NCBI GenBank assembly: GCA_043228905.1
Contig: JBHGNT010000835.1
Coordinates: 1 to 14,818 of the forward strand
DNA length: 14,818 nucleotides
DNA from: Azolla caroliniana
Lineage: Eukaryota > Plantae > Polypodiophyta
Reading direction: 5' to 3'
The notes beneath the pieces were generated by a model. The model saw only the letters and a program-made list of their open reading frames with translations. It searched no databases and was not told the DNA's origin. A program made the translations under genes and the position numbers. Positions 7,917 to 14,818 of this stretch are shown one piece after another. Positions within the stretch are counted from its first letter, which is position 1. Each line of letters starts with the position of its first letter.

Positions 7917-10900
7917 ATGGATAGAGGCATGGCGAGCTCGCTTCCAACAGAGAAGCTCGACAGAACCAACTACGCATCTTGGTCCTACAAGATGCACCAG
8001 TACCTGCTCAGGCATGGCTACTGGAGTTATGTCGAAGGAGCTAATGACGCGGCACCCGAATAGACACACAGAGACTTCCCGTCGTGGGAGCAATCAGCGA
8101 GCAGGGTACTGTACTGCTTCGCATCGTGTGTGGGCGAACAACTATTGAGCTATGTTCGGGATGCAAAGACGCCGAAGGGTGCGTGGGAAAATCTGAAGAA
8201 GATTTTCGCCGCGAGCACCACAGCCAGGAAGCTTCAGCTCCGACAGGAGTTGAGCAACCTACGACAACGCGACTTGTCGGTGGCGGACTATACCTCGAAG
8301 ATCAAGGATATCTGCAACTCCCTCGCTTCCATAGAGGTGAACATCGAGGAGAGCGAGATGGTCCAGATCTGTCTCGGAGGTTTGGTGTCGAAGTTCGGAG
8401 CGTTCCGAACGGCTGAGTGTACCCGGGAGAATACGCCATCCTTTTTCGACTTACAGTCGATGCTCCTGGTAGAGGAGAACCACACGGGTGCGTCGACGAG
8501 CACACACACCGACAACAAGATGTACACGGAGGGAGAAAGGCCCCGTGGTCATGGCGGACGAGGCGAGTCGGCACGCAATGGAGGCGGCCGACGTGATCAA
8601 GGAAGAAGGCACCGAAGTGATGCTGACAGCAACTTCGGACCCTCCGGAAACAGGGGGAGTCGAAGCGATGAGAACCGGCAAGGGAAGGCCATCGCGGAGT
8701 GTTGGTACTGTGGCAAGAAAGGCCACAGGGAAAGTGAGTGCTGGAAGAAGTGCGCCGATTTGGAGAGAACTGGTTCCGGGAACGACTCCAGACATACCGA
8801 CAAGGGTAATCGGCAGCGATCGCACTACGCCAAAGACTCCGGGAGAGCTGGAGAAGGGTCTGTCTTCGTGACGAGACACGAAGCAAACTCAATGAAACAG
8901 AGCACCCCGAGATCGGATGAGGTGTGGTACGTAGACTCCGGCGCGTCAAACCACATGACGAGCCATAAGGAGTGGTTCTCGTACCTTGAAAAACCGATAC
9001 AACCGGGAGTAGTCGCAACAGGAGACGACACTCCACATCCGATCGCGAATGTTGGAGAAGTTCCCTTTAGCCATGTCGGGCAGAAAGGGAAACTCAAGAA
9101 CGTGCTGCACGTTCCAACAATCACGAAGAACTTGGTCTCGGTTGGACAGATCGTCGACCAAGGGATGGAGGTTCGGTTTACACACCTCGGGTGCTTCATT
9201 GAGGAAGAAGGCTGTGTGATTGCGCAAGGGCGCAGAGACGGGAGGATGTTCATCCTCGACTCCACTGACGGCGGCACCGCAATGTTTGCAAAGGGACAAA
9301 AGACCGAGTCGGACATCGACTTGTGGCACAAGCGGATAGGCCACGTCAACTACCAGCGGCTTCAAGATCTGCAAACGAAACAGGTAGTGTTCGGTTTTCC
9401 CAAATTTAGTGGCCGAAAGGCACAAATTTGTGAAGCCTGCCAGCTCGGGAAGCAACACCGACTTCCCTTCCCCAACGAGCGAAACCGGAGCAGGAACAAG
9501 CTCGACCTTATACACTCCGATGTATGGGGGCCGACACAAAACGTTAGTCTTGGCGGGAGCCGATATTTCGTCTCCTTCATCGACGACCACACGCGGCACA
9601 CGTGGATCTACCTCATTGAGAGGAAGAGTGAAGTCTTCGACTGTTTCCGGGACCTCAAAGGGTTCGTGGAAGCCGAAACGGGACGAAAGATCAAGTGCCT
9701 ACGGTCGGATGGCGGAAAAGAGTACTTTTCCGGTCAATTCAACGGTTACCTACAACAAATGGGAATTCGCCGCGAATTCAGTTGTAGATACACGCCAGAG
9801 CAAAACAGCGTGGCCGAGAGAAAGAATCAGTCGATTGTGGAAGCGGCACGGGCAATGCTGGAGGAGAAGAGCTTGCCCAAGTTCTACTGGGCCGAGGCGG
9901 TAAGGACCGCGGTATACATCCAGAACCGGATTGGAGACAAAGTGTCGGCGCACGAGCTATATTTCGAAACGAAGCCGAACTTGCAACACTTGAGGGTGTT
10001 CGGTAGCATTACGTATGTGCATGTACCGAAGGAGAAAAGGAGGAAGCTCGACGCAAAGGCCGAGAAATGCATCTTGGTTGGTTACTCGGTCGAGCAGAAG
10101 GGTTATAAGTGCTATAACCCTCGCACCAAACAAGCGCGTGTCAGCCGCGACGTTGTGTTTGACGAGTCCGCGTCCTGGTACCTACCCCCAACTCGGAACC
10201 CCGACTCCAATATGAGTTCTGACGATGAGGTCAGCGAGGCTGAGATGCCTCCAGATGAGCCCGAAATCGAGACCTGCGAAGAGAGTTCGATTTCACTCCG
10301 GTTAAGTGGACCGATTGGACGACTAAGTCGGTACGACCAGTCTGATGAAGAGCCGGCGAGTAGTGGAGACTCGGTCGTGCATTCCCCACGCAGGAAGCCG
10401 AGGAGACGGCTTACGCGCAAAGAGAAAGGGAAGAAGAAGGTGTCGGATTCCGGCACGGAAAGGAACGAGTCAGACCGACGCGAGTCCGACTCCGAGGGAA
10501 CCGGTGACAGGTCTTTAAAGGAGAAGACCGCGTCGACCGAGAAGGCCTCGACATCGGCTAATGTGAGATTATGCCGATCTACCCCCCAGAAGAACCCAGT
10601 TGTGCGGTTCGGATACAACGAGTACATGCCGCATCATTATGCGTACATGACCCGTGTAGCGGAAGTGCGTGAGCCGGAGAGCTACGCAGAAGCGGCTAAA
10701 GACGCGAATTGGCGTGCCGCGATGGAGGAAGAGATGCACGCATTGGCGGAGAACGAGACCTGGGACCTGGTTGACACACCGAAGGGTGTGAAGCCGATCG
10801 GGTGTAGGTGGGTGTACAAGGTCAAGTACAACACCGATGGCTCGGTCAACCGGTACAAGGCTCGGCTAGTGCCAAAGGGCTACGCACAGAAACACGGCAT

Positions 10901-12635
10901 CGACTACGATGAGACGTTTGCGCTGGTCGCGAAAATGACGACCGTCCGTGTTTTGCTCGCAGTAGCCGCGGCCAAGGGGTGGCACCTACATCAGATGGAT
11001 GTAAAGAATGCGTTCTTGCAAGGTGATCTTGAGGAACAGGTGTACATGGTATAGCCCCCCGGATTTAACTCTGGAACGAACTCCTCGACAGTATGCCGAC
11101 TGAAGAAGTTCCTTTACGGACTGAAGCAAGCCCCGCGTGCCTGGAACGCGAAGATCACGCAACAACTGCGTCGGATGGGCTTCATCACGTCAAAATCAGA
11201 CTCTTCCCTGTTCATCCGGAAAGGTCGACTCGGACCGGTTAGTATTTTACTGTATGTTGATGACTTGGTCATCACCGGCGCCGACCTAGGTGAAATCGAC
11301 CGCGTGAAGCTCCAGCTTGCGGCATCGTTCGACATGAAGGATCTGGGAGACCTTCATTACTTCCTCGGGATCGAAGTGATCCGTACCCCCGAAGGCATAT
11401 TGATCAGCCAACGTCATTACGTGCTGAGTATGCTCTTCAAACTCGGGATGGCCGACTGTAAGTCCATCTCGACTCCTCTGGATAGAACCATCAAGCTTCG
11501 TCCTGATACGGGAAAGGTATGCGACCCGATGAGGTTCCGACAAATTGTCGGTAGCCTCATATACTTGACCATCACCCGACCCGACCTCAGTTATCCGGTC
11601 GGTGTGATTAGTCAGTTCATGGCGCGACCTACCGAGGAGCACCTTCAGTGTGCGCAACGCGTACTTCGGTACGTAAGCGGCACTAAGGACCGGGGACTGC
11701 TATATCGGACCGGTGCAGCCACACGGTTAGTCGGCTACACCGATGCTGATTGGGCTGGCAACGCTGCCGATCACCGATCCATGTCTGGATACGCGTTCTC
11801 CCTCGGGAGTGCCACGATCGCGTGGAGCAGTAAGAAGCAGCCGACAGTTGCACTGTCGAGCACCGAAGCTGAGTACCGAGGAGCGGCTGTCGCGACATGC
11901 GAAGCCATATGGTTGAAGCGACTACTTAAGGATCTGCAAGTGGAGGTGTCGGATCCGAAGACGATCTACTGCGACAACCTCAACAACATCCAGCTCGCGA
12001 AGAACCCCGTTTTCCACGCACGGACCAAGCACATTGAGGTGCATTACCATTTCGTCCGTGAGCGTGTCCTTTCCGGTGAAGTCGAACTTCAGTATGTTCC
12101 GACGGATCGGCAGACTGCCGACATCTTCACAAAGCCTCTTGGTCTGGACAAGTTGCGGCAATTCTCAGGTGCGCTCGGGTTGCGTCACCTCGACGTGCCG
12201 AACTTGAGGGGGAGAACAGTCCCGAACGACCAAGCAAGGCAACAGGAAAGGAGCGGAGACCGCGACACCGAGTTCAAGACTGTTGACTCGGTTGTGGAGT
12301 TCGAGTTCGGATCGGCTGAAGAAGCCGAGTGTGGACCCGCGGAAAAGTTCGGAAGAGGACAGAAGGGGAGCAACAGAAGGAGAGAGCTGAAGCCAACCAC
12401 GCATGAGGAGGATGACGCCATCGAGGGCGAGAAGACCGAAGACGAGTTGGAGACAACCAACTCGGACGAGAGCGAAAACCGATTGGAGGAAGCCGAGTCG
12501 GTTCGGATGTTTGATTCAGACATGTTGAATCAACCGAGGCCCAAGCGGAAGAAAAGGCAGCAAGAGAAGCGTCAACACCGCAACAACAGAAGAGCTAAGG
12601 GCCGCATGAGCAGACAAGCCGACCGGAAGGGTTGA
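7917..12635 (+). pseudogene. Copia gag-pol polyprotein of element C (1572 codons in one frame, two internal TAG stops)
   Basis: ATG at 7917 gives MDRGMASSLPTEKLDRTNYASWSYKM. CCHC knuckle [14 protein letters not shown] (8700-8741). Protease DSG (8934-8942). Integrase [35 protein letters not shown] (11253-11264). RNase H DADWAG, EAEY, CDN, ADIFTK. Stops at 8061-8063 and 11052-11054; track ORFs 8130 and 11175 share this frame. Confidence 0.95.
12203..12214 (+). other. Internal second copy of the PPT motif CTTGAGGGGGAG
   Basis: Identical to 12729-12740 and located where RNase H homology ends (PNLRGR). Confidence 0.75.
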
Positions 12636-12728
12636 AGTGCGCAGAGTTGAACAGGTCGAGGAGCGCGAGCGAGGCGAGAAGCCAGGAGGAACCGGTGCTG
12701 TGAAGATCCCGAAGAGCCTCAAGTTGAG

Positions 12729-12740
12729 CTTGAGGGGGAG
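12729..12740 (+). other. Polypurine tract of element C
   Basis: CTTGAGGGGGAG immediately precedes the TG of the 3' LTR. Confidence 0.92.
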
Positions 12741-13129
12741 TGTTGAGAGACAAGCTCAACATCGGCCAGATCGGCTGAAGAAGCCGAGGACCGGATCGGT
12801 TGGGACCGATTGGTTAGGCCGAGTGCGTAAACCGGGAGGTCGTTAGGAAAGATATTCCGTGAGGAATATATTTGGGAGTTACTGTAGGGGCTCTTGATGA
12901 GCATTGAAGTATTGTCAATACTTCGGTCAGTCCTTTTAGGACTTGTATAAAAGTGCTCACTGAGCACGTCTTATGTACAGAGATTGTGTATTATTGTTGG
13001 AAAATAGTTTTTTGTGTTTCTATGCCTGTCTCTCCCGCGTATACTGCGTAAGCCCAAGCTCTACATTAAACCTGAGTTTCCTCTCTTCTGTTCAGTCTTC
13101 ATACTTGCTTCCGCACGTTTCTTTTTACA
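12741..13129 (+). repeat. 3' LTR of element C
   Basis: Direct repeat of 7456-7844, preceded by the PPT and followed by the TSD. Confidence 0.97.
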
Positions 13130-13134
13130 AAAAT
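13130..13134. other. Right target-site duplication AAAAT of element C
   Basis: Identical to 7451-7455. Confidence 0.95.
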
Positions 13135-13605
13135 CACCGTTTGTTGGGGGATCTTCAACAAATAGCTCTGGAAAAACAACAACACGGGGAGCTGACGTTA
13201 CATGTGCAACAACTCGAAGCAACCATCGTAGCGATGCAACAACAAGGACCCAGAACACAAGGGATTCATAAAGAACCCAAGATCGGCCTTCCCATGAAAT
13301 TCGATGGAACGCGATCGCAATTTAGAAGGTTCCTTAATCAGGTACGACTAGTTATTCAAATGCATCCTTCCCGATATCCCATCGATGCATCACGAGTGGG
13401 TTTAGTAGGCACGTTGTTAAGTGGCTCAACGTTGGCATGGTTCGCTCCTCTGTTAGAAAAAGAATCTCCATTACTAAACAATTTTGAAGAATTTATAAGT
13501 GAGTTTAAAGCCTATTTTGGAGATACTGACAGCATAAGGACAACAATCAACAAAATCCGACAACTACGTCAAGGCAATCGTCTAGCCTCCGCATACGGTC
13601 GATGA
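13135..13605 (+). pseudogene. gag: Remainder of Gypsy gag (coiled-coil-like segment plus capsid N-terminal part), truncated
   Basis: EPKIGLPMKFDG...AWFAPLLEKESPLLNNFEEFISEFKAYFGD...LRQG motifs; ends abruptly at SAYGR*. Confidence 0.88.
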
Positions 13606-14818
13606 TGTTCGATAAAGTACAAGCCAATATGCTTCCTCACCATCGACCGTATGATTGCCCCATTGATTTCCAACCGGGGAAAGAGCCACCATGGGGACCG
13701 ATCTACAATTTGTCACCAACCGAGCTAGAAGTCATGCGAGCCTATATAGAGGAGAATTTGGAAAATGGTTTCATTCGGCATTTGAAATCTCCAGCCGGCG
13801 CACCCATTTTCTTCGTCAAGAAAAAGGATGGATAACTTCATCTCGTTGTAGATTACCGTGGCTTGAATAAGGTTACAATCAGAAATAGGTATGCACTTCC
13901 CCTTATCTCAAGCCTTTTAGAACGGATCAATGGTACCGTGCAAGGTTCTTCACGAAGTTCGACTTACATAACCTCGTACGGATCCGACCAGGAGATGAAT
14001 GGAAGATCGCGTTTCACACCAGATATGGGCACTTCAAGTATACGGTCATGCTGTTCGGCCTCACTAATGCGCCAACAGTTTTCCAACACATGGCAAATGA
14101 TATATTTCGAGATCTCTTGGATGTTTGTTTGATCATCTATTTGGATGATCTACTGGTTTATTCGAAGACCCAAGAAGAGCATGATTCTCATGTACCGTTA
14201 GTACTAAAACGACTTCGAGAACATGGTCTTTATGCAAAGCTAGAAAAATGTAGTTTTGGGTGCAACCAGGTGGAATTTCTGGGCTATGTCATTTCCTTGG
14301 AAGGAATCTCCATGGACCCAGCTAAGGTCAAAATTGTGGTAGAGTGGCAGACTCCGCGTTCGGTGCGAGATGTGCAATGCTTTTTAGGCTTTGCCAATTT
14401 TTACTGGAAGTTCATACATGATTACTCAAAGCTCATTCTGCCTCTCACACAACTTACCAGGAAGGGACAATCGTTCGTTTGGTCTGAAGAAGCGGACATG
14501 GCTTTCGAGAGTCTTAAAAAGGCATTTACATCGGCTCCAATTCTAGCTCATGTCGATCCAGACGCATCGGATTTCGCATTGGGGAGCATTCTGTCACAAT
14601 GGGGTAATGATGAGAAGCTACATCCTGTGGCTTTTCACTCACGCAAGTTTGACGCCGCCGAAATCGACTACAAAATTCATGATAAGGAGCTATTGGCAAT
14701 AGTAGACTCTTTTATGCAATGGAGGCATTTTCTAGAGGGATCCTCTCATCAAGTCGCCATATTCAGTGACCACAAAAACCTTGCCTACTTTCAGGACGCT
14801 CGTGTGTTAAATCGACGT
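13602..14818 (+). pseudogene. pol: Gypsy pol fragment (RT and RNase H), open at the window edge
   Basis: LPHHRPYDCPID, then KKKDG* (TAA at 13833-13835), then [21 protein letters not shown] frameshift follows near 13935. The new frame reads [21 protein letters not shown] (14138-14149), FLGFANFY, DASDFALG, IHDKELLAIV and SDHKNL. The ORF track misses this frame because it has no stop in the window. Confidence 0.93.

Larger units (their letters stand above)
7456..13129 (+). mobile_element. Structurally complete Ty1/Copia LTR retrotransposon (element C, 5674 bp)
   Basis: Two 389-bp TGT...ACA LTRs, a 5-bp TSD, a tRNA-iMet-type PBS, a PPT and a single-frame gag-pol. Confidence 0.98.
6784..14818 (+). 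mobile_element. Ty3/Gypsy LTR retrotransposon (element B, chromovirus-like Tcn1 or Tf1/sushi type), interrupted by element C and running off the window
   Basis: Gag motif EPKIGLPMKFDGTRSQFRRFLNQVRL...LLSGSTLAWF. RT motifs LPHHRPYDCPID, GPIYNLS, SPAGAPIFFVKKKDG and YLDD are followed by RNase H, with no integrase upstream (Gypsy order). The clade call is from motif recall, not from a search. Confidence 0.9.

Noticed and set aside
8061-11054. Programmed read-through at the two in-frame TAG codons of element C
   Set aside because: They fall inside early gag and mid-RT rather than at a gag/pol boundary. Element A has Q (YMVQPPGF) at the second site, consistent with a CAG>TAG mutation.
8302-12523. 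Antisense and alternative-frame ORFs up to 244 aa over element C's gag-pol
   Set aside because: Expected shadows of a GC-rich coding frame, with no independent motifs.
12215-12730. Sirevirus-type env-like ORF
   Set aside because: The region is short, fused in frame to pol, highly charged and has no hydrophobic transmembrane segment.

Overview
AT-rich eukaryotic DNA, probably from a land plant and possibly a non-seed plant (inferred from the element types). No host gene is supported. 1-3167 is unassigned non-coding sequence. The rest is three LTR retrotransposons, all on the + strand. (A) A heavily decayed Ty1/Copia at ~3168-6789. (B) A Ty3/Gypsy of chromovirus-like (Tcn1 or Tf1/sushi) type from 6784 to beyond the window end. 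(C) A near-intact 5674-bp Ty1/Copia at 7456-13129, with 389-bp LTRs and an AAAAT target-site duplication, inserted after codon 30 of the Gypsy gag. The Gypsy LTR is the most interesting part: it has no tRNA-type PBS but a PBS complementary to its own predicted 5' end (self-priming candidate), a phased heat-shock-element array, and antisense tRNA-type Pol III A/B boxes. Also notable are hairpin arrays shared in architecture by both Copia LTRs, and a duplicated PPT in Copia C that brackets a ~140-aa charged extension after RNase H. All comparisons were made by eye.
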